This document shows positions 47,014 through 56,823 of a stretch of DNA of 64,000 nt, piece after piece. Source of the stretch: a phage; the sequence record NC_135732.1; one strand, 5' to 3'. The notes under the pieces were generated by a model that made no database searches, had not been told where the DNA came from, and worked only from the letters and a program-made list of their open reading frames with translations. The translations under genes were made by a program, and so were the position numbers. Within the stretch, counting starts at the first letter, position 1. The number at the start of each line of letters is the position of its first letter.

Positions 47014-47472
47014 TCAACACTTTTTGTACTCCACCACGATAATATCCATATCAAAAGTGGCAAGGTTAATAACGTCCTCTACGTGCTCCCACTTCAAACC
47101 GCCTATGCCGCACCCGATCTTAGGGATGTAGAATGGTAAAGTCGATCCACCGAATACCTCGTTGACTAGCTCAAAGCCTTTCAGGATTGAGAAATATTCA
47201 GCATTAGGTCCTGGGTAGAACTGAGTATACAGATTGATTCCGTAGACAATACCTCTCGGAGATAAGTGCTCCCATCGGGAGAATGCACCCAGTTTACTTA
47301 GGCAACCGTGTCTAGTCTCTTTGTCGGCTGACAATGCTTGAGGGAACTCACGGGCAATATCTTTCGCTATGCCTGCACCCATTGTGTGAAAGCAGTTACA
47401 ACCGTGGATCATGTGTCCTGCCCCTTTCTTGAAAAGGGAGATTAGATCTCCTTCTACAGTATCAATAATCAC
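47014..47472 (-). CDS. macro-domain protein (ADP-ribose binding / processing)
   Basis: VEGDLISL...MIHGCNCFHTMGAGIAKDI...PKIGCGIGGL resemble macro-domain motifs; start uncertain (GTG 47472 overlapping upstream stop; alternatives ATG 47553, GTG 47571). Confidence 0.55.
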   Translation of the reverse strand: MIIDTVEGDLISLFKKGAGHMIHGCNCFHTMGAGIAKDIAREFPQALSADKETRHGCLSKLGAFSRWEHLSPRGIVYGINLYTQFYPGPNAEYFSILKGFELVNEVFGGSTLPFYIPKIGCGIGGLKWEHVEDVINLATFDMDIIVVEYKKC

Positions 47473-47887
47473 GGTATGCCAGCTCCTCTTCCGCAATTTC
47501 AAAAAACTCAGTCCAGCACTGTGGCATATTGGAGTTACCGAAGTGGCTTTCATAGTAAAGGTTCTCACCACTCGGGAGATAGAAATCTGTTACCTCATAG
47601 AATCCACAATCGTCGCACTCACCTTCTTCAAACTTGGCCTCGACCTTAATACCGAGGAAGGTGAAAAGTTTATGGATATCTTCAGTTTCGAACTCCCAGT
47701 GAATGTTGTTTTCCGCATCGGTGTAGAACTGGATCAGCAGACCATTGTCCAGTTTACCAAAATACTCTGTGAAGTAACTTCCTTCCCAGAAATCTTTATG
47801 ACAAATAATATCCATGCGTTTGCCCATAATAATGGTGTGAGCGTTTTGGGCATCATCACGAATCAGTTTTGGCATTTCATAGATCAT
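47462..47887 (-). CDS. hypothetical protein
   Basis: GGAG RBS. Confidence 0.5.
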   Translation of the reverse strand: MIYEMPKLIRDDAQNAHTIIMGKRMDIICHKDFWEGSYFTEYFGKLDNGLLIQFYTDAENNIHWEFETEDIHKLFTFLGIKVEAKFEEGECDDCGFYEVTDFYLPSGENLYYESHFGNSNMPQCWTEFFEIAEEELAYRDY

Positions 47888-47955
47888 CTTAGTTCTCCGG
47901 GTTCAACAGGTGGTGGTGCTACAGGAAGATCATAAAACATGGCTATCACAGTCTC

Positions 47956-48153
47956 TTACACAGGAATTGCTTCAAATAGACCGTTATCTATACCGTCCTT
48001 CAGATAGAGATTATATTCTATATCGGTATCTGTATAAAGGGCAGCATCCAGCATTCTATCTGTGAGTCCATCCATCGGGTGGAGAAACCACCACCCACGC
48101 CAGTCAAAGTAACAGCCTGGTGCATCTTCTCTTACACGGATTCTATAAATCAT
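47956..48153 (-). CDS. hypothetical small protein
   Basis: AGGAGG RBS. Confidence 0.5.
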   Translation of the reverse strand: MIYRIRVREDAPGCYFDWRGWWFLHPMDGLTDRMLDAALYTDTDIEYNLYLKDGIDNGLFEAIPV

Positions 48154-48249
48154 GGGCAGTGGCCTCCTGTTAGTTATACATCCCAGTTTTCTTCGTTCAT
48201 CACGTCCTCCCGTTCTATGAAGTTATAATTACACACCTTTCAACTTGTG

Positions 48250-48666
48250 TCAACAGAAAACTTCAACAAATTCTTCCACAGTTTTAATGTCGTGTGAAAA
48301 AGGTTTACGGCTATAACGGGCAATAGCACTATCAACCACCGCCCGGTACTCCAAATCTTCAGAATATTTCATGAAGCATTGCAGCGTCTCTGGGCAGATA
48401 GCTAAATAGCTCCACCACCCCTCTTCAGATTGGTAGTCGAATCCCATACTCTCCAACCATGAAGCATATACGCCTGCACCCTCAAGCCAGTGAGTATTTT
48501 CATCCAGAAACTTGTTAATAGACATGTGAGCTTCTAAGCATTTATCCAGCTCTTTTCCGTTAACCAGCCACGCACTGACCGTGGCGCATCCAAAGTCTAC
48601 AGATTGAGTTGACAGGTTGTATTGGTCATAGTTCTCAGGTTTAACAATGATATCTTCTAATGTCAT
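48250..48666 (-). CDS. hypothetical protein
   Basis: AGGAGA RBS. Confidence 0.5.
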   Translation of the reverse strand: MTLEDIIVKPENYDQYNLSTQSVDFGCATVSAWLVNGKELDKCLEAHMSINKFLDENTHWLEGAGVYASWLESMGFDYQSEEGWWSYLAICPETLQCFMKYSEDLEYRAVVDSAIARYSRKPFSHDIKTVEEFVEVFC

Positions 48667-48685
48667 TTTTCAGATCTCCTTATAC

Positions 48686-48714
48686 AAAAATGCCCCACCC
48701 TTTCGGGCAGGGCT
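48686..48714 (-). terminator. rho-independent terminator (repeated element)
   Basis: Minus-strand CCCTGCCC-GAAA-GGGTGGGG hairpin then U-run; same 20-nt core recurs at 59681-59700. Confidence 0.6.
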
Positions 48715-48728
48715 ATGTTAACTAGATG

Positions 48729-49955
48729 TTAGAATGGGATGTCATCATCAAAGGCGTACTGTGCTGGATTCTGATCCATCGGGTCATCTTCCTCGTCATT
48801 TACAGGAGGAGCGTCTACAGTATTTTGCTGTGAAGCAGCTTCCTGTTTGGCAGCTTGAGGTTCTTGATGGTCAGTGGACCCAGCACCGTTCTTGATCCAA
48901 TCGTACAACGGCTCAGCCAGATTAGTCAAGACATCTTTTGCTTCTGCAGTAATTGCCGCTGCAAAATCATCAACTTTCGTTTTCTTGTCAATACGGCGAC
49001 AAGCGTTCAACACCGCATTACCGACACTGGCACCTACTTCATCTTCAGTTCGGTTGGTGGCTTGAGCATACTCTTTCTTAAGCTCAATAGTGACTACGTG
49101 CAGTGTTTTAGCCACACCTAGTGGGTCGTCTACCTTAAACCCGCGATCCAGGATGATTTGCAACGCATTGATGCTATGTCCCGTCTCCACACCAATAGGG
49201 TCGTAAGAGGATTTACGCTTGCCACCAGAGCCTTGAGTGCCGTTCTCTGCCTTAGGTGGATAGGCTTTGAAACCACTGATAATGTTTCCGGTGTCTTTGT
49301 CAACAATGGCTGCAACACGACCACCTACCACCAGGTCTTTAAGCTGCTCATCAGTAACAACCATGGCACCTTCGCCAATCTTGTGGTCATTAACAGTAAC
49401 CACGTTGCCAACAATCTGAGTCACATCGCCATAGATGCGTAAAACGTCCTGATTGGCATTCTGCTGAGGTTTCTGCTTCTGGCCTTGTGATTGTGCACCT
49501 TGTTGCTGTTTTTGCTGCTGAGTCGCTGCTGGAGCCTCTCCTGCACCCAGCTTGACCATCTTAGCCAGTGAGCCTTTGTAATAGGTCTTACCGTTATGCT
49601 CGTTTGCCTTCAAAGGGATATTTACGATCCATCCCGGCGTTACGGTTTCCCACTTGTCATCAATCTTAACAGAGACAGAGTCTTGATGACCAGGTTTAAG
49701 CAGCTTATCACCCATACTGATCCAAACTTCTTCACCACCTTGAAGCAGGTTATCAGAGGAATCCAGTTCAGAAATCAGTAAAGAGATGGTGTGGCTGGAT
49801 TCAATTTTCTTACCTTGCCACACAGTGGTTTTAATACCTGTTGTAGGATCAGCACCTTTGATAGGTTTGATGCTGACACGTTTAATCATGCCGTGAGCCA
49901 GTAAAACAGTTTCACGCGGATTCATCGGGTTAGCGAATTGTTGAATAACGCTCAT
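48729..49955 (-). CDS. SSB-like protein with C-terminal acidic DDDIPF tail
   Basis: C-terminus ...AFDDDIPF as in bacterial SSB; Gln-rich linker; AGGAGA RBS; N-terminal domain not assigned. Confidence 0.5.
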   Translation of the reverse strand: MSVIQQFANPMNPRETVLLAHGMIKRVSIKPIKGADPTTGIKTTVWQGKKIESSHTISLLISELDSSDNLLQGGEEVWISMGDKLLKPGHQDSVSVKIDDKWETVTPGWIVNIPLKANEHNGKTYYKGSLAKMVKLGAGEAPAATQQQKQQQGAQSQGQKQKPQQNANQDVLRIYGDVTQIVGNVVTVNDHKIGEGAMVVTDEQLKDLVVGGRVAAIVDKDTGNIISGFKAYPPKAENGTQGSGGKRKSSYDPIGVETGHSINALQIILDRGFKVDDPLGVAKTLHVVTIELKKEYAQATNRTEDEVGASVGNAVLNACRRIDKKTKVDDFAAAITAEAKDVLTNLAEPLYDWIKNGAGSTDHQEPQAAKQEAASQQNTVDAPPVNDEEDDPMDQNPAQYAFDDDIPF

Positions 49956-50320
49956 TATTTGTCTCCTTGTTCTTCGTTAGTGTTTGCCGTGTGTGCAAAC
50001 CCTGCTTGAATTAATTTGTCCTGAACTTGAGCCAACAGGCCCATTGCAAAACTTGTGGTCCCAGAGAGGGCCATCAACATATCTCGTTGTTGAGCTACCC
50101 AACCTAAGGCATAGTCCAAACGACGATATTTTTCTTCTTCACGCAGAGCCTGAAATAATTGTTCAGCCTCCGGTTGTTGTGTGAGCTCCTGAAGTCTTCC
50201 CATGAAAGAAGAAAGCACTAGCAAAAGAGACACTTGATCTTTACTTAACCCTAAGAAAAATTCTTGAGGTTGTTCTTGCTCGTTCATCGCAACCGACGCT
50301 TGATCGTTCATTTGTTCCAT
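49955..50320 (-). CDS. hypothetical protein
   Basis: GGAGA RBS. Confidence 0.5.
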   Translation of the reverse strand: MEQMNDQASVAMNEQEQPQEFFLGLSKDQVSLLLVLSSFMGRLQELTQQPEAEQLFQALREEEKYRRLDYALGWVAQQRDMLMALSGTTSFAMGLLAQVQDKLIQAGFAHTANTNEEQGDK

Positions 50321-50403
50321 TATGGAATCTCCGATTTTATTTGAACAACATAGAAGGAGACACTATTTTAGCATCCCCTTCTGTAAATTACAATAGATAT
50401 TTG

Positions 50404-50649
50404 TTAGCCAATCACTTCAAAAGTTCCCCAATTCCCGTCCAGCAGGCAGGTGATCGGATCCCCATCGTCGTCAAAGATTTCAAAGTTTTCAGCATCCAGG
50501 ATGTGGCCCTCGAACACAATACTTTCGTCGCCACCACCAGAAATAACAGCGTATTCCTTACCTTGAGTCAAGTTTTGACACCCTTTGCCACCAAAACCTA
50601 CTTCAACACAACGTACTTTCTGTCCTGCGCGAGCAACTACTCCAGTCAT
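50404..50649 (-). CDS. hypothetical protein
   Basis: AGGAGA RBS. Confidence 0.5.
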   Translation of the reverse strand: MTGVVARAGQKVRCVEVGFGGKGCQNLTQGKEYAVISGGGDESIVFEGHILDAENFEIFDDDGDPITCLLDGNWGTFEVIG

Positions 50650-50666
50650 CTTAAGGTCTCCTGATA

Positions 50667-50969
50667 TTAATCGTCAAGTTCAAAATAGATTTTAACAGCT
50701 TCATCAAAGATTGGAATCCCGATGTTGTTGATAAGCTGCCAAACTACCATATCTTTACCTGGGTCTGGGAGAATGTCAACCTTTCTCCATGCGCTGTATA
50801 TCCAGTTCGGACCACCTTCTGCACTAACTGGCAGATTTTCACCAGCCTCCTGCAGATACTTATACAGCAAAAGATATTCTGGATACTCTAGAACACTGTC
50901 CTCTGTAGTATATAGCAGTTCACGGTATACTTTTAAGAACCCTGCGGGGGTGATGTTTTCAGTCTTCAT
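50667..50969 (-). CDS. hypothetical protein
   Basis: AGGAGA RBS then ATG 50969. Confidence 0.5.
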   Translation of the reverse strand: MKTENITPAGFLKVYRELLYTTEDSVLEYPEYLLLYKYLQEAGENLPVSAEGGPNWIYSAWRKVDILPDPGKDMVVWQLINNIGIPIFDEAVKIYFELDD

Positions 50970-51348
50970 TTGCTGCTTCTCCTGCATTCATCAGATCTGC
51001 CATAGCGTCACCCACGAAGAGAACAACCACATCGTTGATCGCGTCAGCATCATCTTTGTTGACGTTGCTGAATTTAGGACACACAGCAATGATCATATAG
51101 ACACCGTTACCAACCTGGACTGTCCGTGTGGTGCACATCATGGCGGTATTTGTGCCTTCTTTGAAGGCGAAGCCTTGAAGACGCTCCTCTAAAGTGTTAC
51201 CGGTAGATTTCAGAAGCGCCAGCTCGTCCAAGGCATAGATGATATCTCCGGAAGTTAGTGTTGCCTTGCCATCAGACACCATAATCACTCCATCAGCACC
51301 GTCAAGCTTAGAGGCTTCAAAGATATCAATATCCCAAATATTTTTCAT
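50959..51348 (-). CDS. hypothetical protein
   Basis: GAGGAA RBS. Confidence 0.5.
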   Translation of the reverse strand: MKNIWDIDIFEASKLDGADGVIMVSDGKATLTSGDIIYALDELALLKSTGNTLEERLQGFAFKEGTNTAMMCTTRTVQVGNGVYMIIAVCPKFSNVNKDDADAINDVVVLFVGDAMADLMNAGEAANED

Positions 51349-51620
51349 TACGCTTCCTCGTCGTCTAAGTAATCATCAAGAGAGGTGAAGATTTCACCGA
51401 AGTATTCTAAGATTGCTAGCTCACGTGTGGTGCAGCAAACATAATCGCCTTGGTCGTCCTTAATAGTGGCCTCTTTACCCAGAACATGCACTTCAAATTC
51501 ATCGTTCAGCAGGACGGCCCCTGTGTAAACTTTGTCAGCTGTGCAGTCCCGAAAAGCAGAGTCCTTTTCCAGATAGTCTGGCTTAACCTTGGCTTTAATT
51601 CGTTGATATTGTTTGGTCAT
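51348..51620 (-). CDS. hypothetical protein (paralog of 51684 ORF)
   Basis: GGGGA RBS then ATG 51620; AFRDCT and KDDQGDYVCCT shared with neighbour. Confidence 0.5.
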   Translation of the reverse strand: MTKQYQRIKAKVKPDYLEKDSAFRDCTADKVYTGAVLLNDEFEVHVLGKEATIKDDQGDYVCCTTRELAILEYFGEIFTSLDDYLDDEEA

Positions 51621-51683
51621 TGCTGTGGTCCCCTTTCGTTTTGATAGGGCCATTATATTAGGCCCTATCACTGTTGTCAAGTA

Positions 51684-51938
51684 TTAATGTTCAGGTTTTA
51701 CAAAAACTACTTCATTAACAGTGCACCAGACAGAGTCTCCTTCGTCATCTTTAAAGGTAAGGCACTGTGCTGAGTTTTCCAGCTCATCAATCTCTTCTTG
51801 TGATAAAGGAGCCCCTTCTTCCAGAAGGGCTTTTACCAAAGGGTTCTCACAAAACTCTGCTTCATAAACTACACCGATTGTGCAATCTTTAAAAGCTCGG
51901 TCATTTTCAACGCATTCTGGCTTCAGAGTAATTTTCAT
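51684..51938 (-). CDS. hypothetical protein (paralog of 51348 ORF)
   Basis: AGGAGA RBS; AFKDCT and KDDEGDSVWCT. Confidence 0.5.
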   Translation of the reverse strand: MKITLKPECVENDRAFKDCTIGVVYEAEFCENPLVKALLEEGAPLSQEEIDELENSAQCLTFKDDEGDSVWCTVNEVVFVKPEH

Positions 51939-52014
51939 CTTGGCAGTCTCCTTAATTATTTAAAAATCAACTCTTTGTTTGTGTGAAACATCTTATACCT
52001 AATCTTACTTCTTG

Positions 52015-52386
52015 TCAACGACTATTTTCAATCATCCACCAAGGATCAAGGTAGGTTTGTTGACTTTTTGCCCACTGGCAAACATCTTCGTACATCTGAA
52101 CTTCGTTTTCAGTCAGTTCGCGAATAGGCTCATCTATACCCTCATTTTTGTGGTAATCCCAGCTGGCATCGATTTCCCATAGCCACGGTTTGTTATTTCC
52201 ACGTTTACGTACACAGAAGTCACCGGGACGGCCTGCCAATGCATTTAAGAACTCGTTCTCCGCTCGCTCCTGAAGAATACTAAGGAGCAAAACGTTGGAG
52301 CATGACCGTAAAATATGCTTCAGCTCACAATCATCAATCTCAACTTCAATACGTTGTTTGACTGTGTGGGTACCTTTTACTAACAT
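52015..52386 (-). CDS. hypothetical protein
   Basis: AGGAGG RBS then ATG 52386. Confidence 0.5.
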   Translation of the reverse strand: MLVKGTHTVKQRIEVEIDDCELKHILRSCSNVLLLSILQERAENEFLNALAGRPGDFCVRKRGNNKPWLWEIDASWDYHKNEGIDEPIRELTENEVQMYEDVCQWAKSQQTYLDPWWMIENSR

Positions 52387-52396
52387 CCTACCTCCT

Positions 52397-52591
52397 CTAA
52401 ACGAACTCTGCAAGGGTTGTGTTGTTCACTGCACCGCAGTAAATGGAGTATCCCAGCCCATTAGAGTGCAGAAACCACGGCGTGCCGAAATTATCTTTCA
52501 CGTAGACATCGCCGTTGCTTGTAAAGGGCCAATATTCTTCACCAAGGGTGAAATACCTACTCATACCCTCAGCCAGATACTTTACTTTCAT
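52397..52591 (-). CDS. hypothetical small protein (three-member paralog set)
   Basis: GAAGAGGA RBS; WFLHSNGLGYSIY resembles neighbours. Confidence 0.5.
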   Translation of the reverse strand: MKVKYLAEGMSRYFTLGEEYWPFTSNGDVYVKDNFGTPWFLHSNGLGYSIYCGAVNNTTLAEFV

Positions 52592-52815
52592 AGGTCCTCT
52601 TCAACAGCTACAAACTTGGCAAGCAGGGTGGTTCCGTAGATATGATACTCACCGTTTGCCAGATGGGAGATAAACCAGGCAATCCCTTCCTCGTCTTTAA
52701 TCATCTTGTTTGCACGATTTTTATCGTAATAAACCTCGTAGGTCTTTCCTTCTTTAAAGAAGGACAGGTCTGTCATCTTTTCTTCTACAAAAGTAGCTTT
52801 AACCAAAGTTGTCAT
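52588..52815 (-). CDS. hypothetical small protein (paralog set)
   Basis: AAGGAGA RBS; WFISHLANGEYHIY. Confidence 0.5.
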   Translation of the reverse strand: MTTLVKATFVEEKMTDLSFFKEGKTYEVYYDKNRANKMIKDEEGIAWFISHLANGEYHIYGTTLLAKFVAVEEDL

Positions 52816-53096
52816 TGATCGGTCTCCTTCTTGTTAAGTCTGAATACTGCAATAATAGCATTCCCAAGGTGCAGTGTCAAATCATTTCCAAGATACCACA
52901 GCATCCCACGGTCATCTTTAATGAAAGGGTGACAATCTGGTGCCTTCCAGACATTGTACACTTTCCCAACCTGAAAGAAATCAGGCCCTGTCGGGATTTT
53001 GGTGCCTGGCCACACTTGAGATACCTGAACACACTCCACCTGCATAATAACAGGGATAGTCATGGATGTAAATGTTTTTGTTGGCTCTACTACCAT
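52812..53096 (-). CDS. hypothetical protein (paralog set)
   Basis: AAAGAGGAGA RBS then ATG 53096; track start was GTG 53186. Confidence 0.5.
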   Translation of the reverse strand: MVVEPTKTFTSMTIPVIMQVECVQVSQVWPGTKIPTGPDFFQVGKVYNVWKAPDCHPFIKDDRGMLWYLGNDLTLHLGNAIIAVFRLNKKETDQ

Positions 53097-53145
53097 AAAA
53101 GTCTCCTCTTTGCTCAACAACACTTCCATGTGTTGATAGTTTACA

Positions 53146-53499
53146 TTAGTGACAATCACCCCAATTACGACCACACAAGTATTCACCTGTGATCTGGAAC
53201 GGGACTCCCATCATTTTAGAAGCTTGCCAGAAGCAATGCACCACCATTTCACCCACCGGGCTCCAGATAAGTTCAAGCTTCCCGTCATCGTTCAGGATAG
53301 GATCGTACACCGTGTTTCCGTCTCTGTCAACCACTTCGTTTCCGTTCTCATCCTTGCGTGCCTTTTTGTACTTATGACCGTCAAACACATGAAGTTTGGC
53401 TTCCTGCTCTGCCTTAAATGCTTCCAATTCTTCAATTGTGTCGAAGGTGTACACAGTCTTATACTTAGGCGTGTCAGGGACCTGAAGTTGGTACTCATC
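53146..53499 (-). CDS. DNA polymerase family A, exon 2
   Basis: Begins DEYQ (completes motif C YHDE with exon 1); ends ...VPFQITGEYLCGRNWGDCH like Pol I / T7 gp5 C-termini; no in-frame ATG. Confidence 0.7.
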   Translation of the reverse strand, partial: DEYQLQVPDTPKYKTVYTFDTIEELEAFKAEQEAKLHVFDGHKYKKARKDENGNEVVDRDGNTVYDPILNDDGKLELIWSPVGEMVVHCFWQASKMMGVPFQITGEYLCGRNWGDCH

Positions 53500-54341
53500 C
53501 AATAGTTCAGGTAGGTCGTTAAGCTACCCCGCACCATTACGTGCACAGCCATACGGTTTCCTGTATGGATCGGACTATCTCACTACCTTGTTACCAAGGC
53601 ACCTCTCATTTCGACCGCACTTGCTGGCCTACTCTACTCGCTTCTTCACACCAAACTATGTTGGAGCTATGCTTTCGATAGTCTCTGAACGTTACTACCA
53701 GGTGTAGTTTTTAGAGATATGTTTCCACTGTCTTCTTTGCTTTATGGCTCTGACCGTCTCATAAGGATACCCAAGATCCCTAATCTCGCATTGTCGTAGA
53801 CCACTCTGCAACAGTTCGCAAATCTCCGTTACCTCATCCTCGGTCAGCACAGCGTTGGCATTATACTCACCGACTGGCCTTACTCTGAGTTCATTATCGT
53901 AGGCGTGTTTGATATTTCCACCAGGGGTAGTCCATTCCAGGTTCCAGTGTGCATTGTTGTACTTATTTCCATCCTTATGGTTCACCCATGTGAGCTTTTC
54001 AGGATCAGGGTTCGGTACAAAGCATTCAGCAACCAAGTGGTGGACACCTTTTGTGCACTGCTTCCCCTCGATGAGCATGGTTACGCAAAGGTAACCTCTA
54101 CCATTATCAAAACAAAACATTGTTGTATGATCACGTTTCGATAAAGGTATTGTTCCATCATCAAACACGGTATACCCGTGATAATCAGCTGATCTAGCCA
54201 TTTTAACTACACCCCTTTAGTCTTCGCTGCGGATTAGCATATTAAGCTTTTACCATGTTCAGGTGTAAAAGTCAACTTAGCCTTCCCGTCAATTAAAGAG
54301 GTTTTCGACGTGCATCACTGCACGAAGCCACAATGTTATTT
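53500..54341 (-). mobile_element. group I self-splicing intron in DNA polymerase gene
   Basis: Minus-strand P AATTGACGGGAAGG (54294-54281), Q TAATCCGCAGCG (54236-54225), R GTTCAGAGACTATC (53690-53677), S GAGATAGTCC (53581-53572), P9 hairpin with GAAA loop; guide sequence CATTGTGG (54335-54328) pairs exon 1 end CCAT and exon 2 start GATG. Confidence 0.75.
53695..54201 (-). CDS. HNH homing endonuclease (intron-encoded)
   Basis: HHLVAECF...VNHKDGNKYNNAHWNLEW HNH motif; AAGGGGTG RBS; between Q and R elements. Confidence 0.75.
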   Translation of the reverse strand: MARSADYHGYTVFDDGTIPLSKRDHTTMFCFDNGRGYLCVTMLIEGKQCTKGVHHLVAECFVPNPDPEKLTWVNHKDGNKYNNAHWNLEWTTPGGNIKHAYDNELRVRPVGEYNANAVLTEDEVTEICELLQSGLRQCEIRDLGYPYETVRAIKQRRQWKHISKNYTW

Positions 54342-56765
54342 ATGGTAATAAATAATACGACGAACACCTTCATCGTACCACCCGCGCTTCACCATTTGGT
54401 GGTGCATGAGTATCCCAACTAAGTCACACAACGATGCACCACCATTCTGTTGGTATGCATTAAGTAAAGAGTGTTTAGATCGGGTCCAGATAGCATGACC
54501 ATCAAAAGAGTAGATAAACTTCTTACCCGTTGCTTCCCAGAATTTCTCCAGATCTTCTTTACGCCCCTTAAGACCGGGGTTGGCATCCCAAAGTGCATCG
54601 ATTACCCTTTGTCCCAACTCTGGGGAGATATCCAGCATGTCTGCAACTTTGTCTTTTTGTGCCCCATACATAACCCCATACGTGATAGGTTTACCGTCGT
54701 TACGAGACACCTCTCTGCCTGCTACTTTTGTATATGCCTCAGCATTGTTTTGGTGTGCGTCCCCGTTACTTACAACATCATAATACAAGCCGTTGTCGAA
54801 CTCAAAGGCACCCCAAGCCCCGATAAGCTGCTCTAAGTTGGACCCGTCAATACCGATCTCAAAGTATCCCGGAGGAACACCCCACAGACTACGCATCTCT
54901 TTACCCATAACAACTTTAGGAGATGGTTTAGGCATGTTTGCACAAATACTGTGTTTCTGTCTGGAAGTGTTTGTTAATCCAGAGCTTTTAGCAGGAAGCT
55001 TATGGTCAATCTTCAAACGTGGGTGATTAAGAAGACCAGTGTCAACCTTATCCTCCTTGATTGGATCAAGTACCGATCTGCGGTTTCGCAATGATAACCA
55101 CAAGACGATATCTTTAGCCATCTCTCCGTTCAATTTTTCAAGATTCGGGCACAGGTGTCCAAACGTATCTTTCAGTTGCGGAGAAGTAATAAGTGCCCTA
55201 GCTTTTCTACGTATTTTCCCGAATACTTCCTTTTTAATCCTTTCGGAGTTAGGAAAGCTTCGGAACTTGTGCACGGTTGTCTGGAACTTAGCATCAGTTT
55301 TGTTCCAGAAGTTGATAATTAGATCACAATACTCTGACTCTAAAAGCTCGTCCATATATGCATATACTCGTGCATCAACATCTGCATCAGGTAGAGCTTT
55401 CTTCTTGCTGTCTTTAGTTACATCCTTAGTTCTCCACATTGTCGGAAGCCAACCAGCACTGATCAGATACCGCTTAATGTCGTCCTGATTGCTGATTTTC
55501 ATAGGTATCTTGCAGTCCGGCATTCGCTTCTGCTGTAGATCACTTATTGCCTGATCCATTAGCTCTTTAGGTAAAGGTTGTGGTGTGGAGGTGCCCTTAA
55601 TATAGCCTCTCAAGAAATCAGCCATCTTATCTGGGTCTTTGCAGCCCATCTCTTCACACCATTTTATCCCCATCTTACTGACATCTCCTGTGGAGGTAAA
55701 TGCTCGCTTAGGCGGGGCTTTGAACTCTAAAGCACTCATGTCTACAGGATAGCCAAGCTTATCTTTTAACCATTTCCAACCATTATTGGAAATTGTCCCA
55801 TCTTGGTTAAATGGCTTTTCAGGGAACTTGGGCCGCTGAGACATTGACAGCTCTTTTAAAGGTAGTTGTGGTTCAACACGATCAGCGATTTCTTTCATCC
55901 ACGCATCGCAACGGTCACGTAAAGCAATAGCTCCATCTATGTCAAAATACACACCCTGACGGGCCTGCAGCTCCATCAGGAAGTGCTGCAGCATGCCTCG
56001 GCGCAATGCGTTCTTCCAGGTGATTTTCTTGAACCCTTTCGGCTTCTCTTTGGCTGGATCGTACATAAAGTTCTGCATGTCAGATTTGCCGTAGAATACA
56101 CCTTTTGATTCCGCTACCAGCTCTTTCCAGAGCAGCTCCTGGATGATAACGTCCTCGAATACACGATCCACATACTTCCACAACGGAAGATCGCGCCAGT
56201 CATCAATTTGAACTTTCTGGTTACCAAGGGCGTAGCCCCATGCCATAAGGCCGTGAGGACCAACAGGCTGCATTTTCTTAGTAACCGGGTTGAATACAGA
56301 GTCCGGACAACCTTTTGGTAAAGGGCGATCAGGCCACAAGATTCTGCTCATCGCCAACGTATCAAACAGGTTAACCTGGTGGTCGTTGATAGTCCCCATG
56401 CATTTAGGATCACGGAACATATCAAAATGAATACCGGATAATCTTTCCATCAGCATAAAGTCATAACTGTAGCAGTTATGGCAGTTCAAAGCTGTTGGTG
56501 ACCAGTCGGAATTGCCTGTAAGCCAACCTTCCAACTCCGAAAAATCTGCTATGCGAACTTCAAAATCTTTATGAAGAGTTTTCTTTGCCAGAATAAAGTT
56601 CTTAGCCTTCTCTATATCCTCTTCGGAGTAGTGTGTGCGGTCATTTAGAGGAAGGAACAGCATAAAACGGTTCTTATTCAGCTCTTTAAACAGGCCGCAG
56701 TGATAATAAAGATCTGGATCTTCCAGCAAACCGGATGACTCAAAGTCGAACGACCACATGCTCAT
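54342..56765 (-). CDS. DNA polymerase family A, exon 1
   Basis: Motif A FEIGIDGSNLEQLI, motif B RNDGKPITYGVMYG; AAGGAGA RBS; frame reaches stop 2 codons into the intron. Confidence 0.8.
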
Positions 56766-56823
56766 ATACAGTTCTCCTTAAAGGGGAGGCGGTTGTACTA
56801 CCCCTCCCACTCTTTGTTAAACA

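Noticed and set aside
50341-51192. Plus-strand ORFs (107 and 156 aa)
   Set aside because: Antisense to a run of minus-strand genes with RBSs; no RBS of their own.
54471-55488. Plus-strand ORFs of 67-149 aa
   Set aside because: All antisense to the DNA polymerase exon 1, which has strong motif support.
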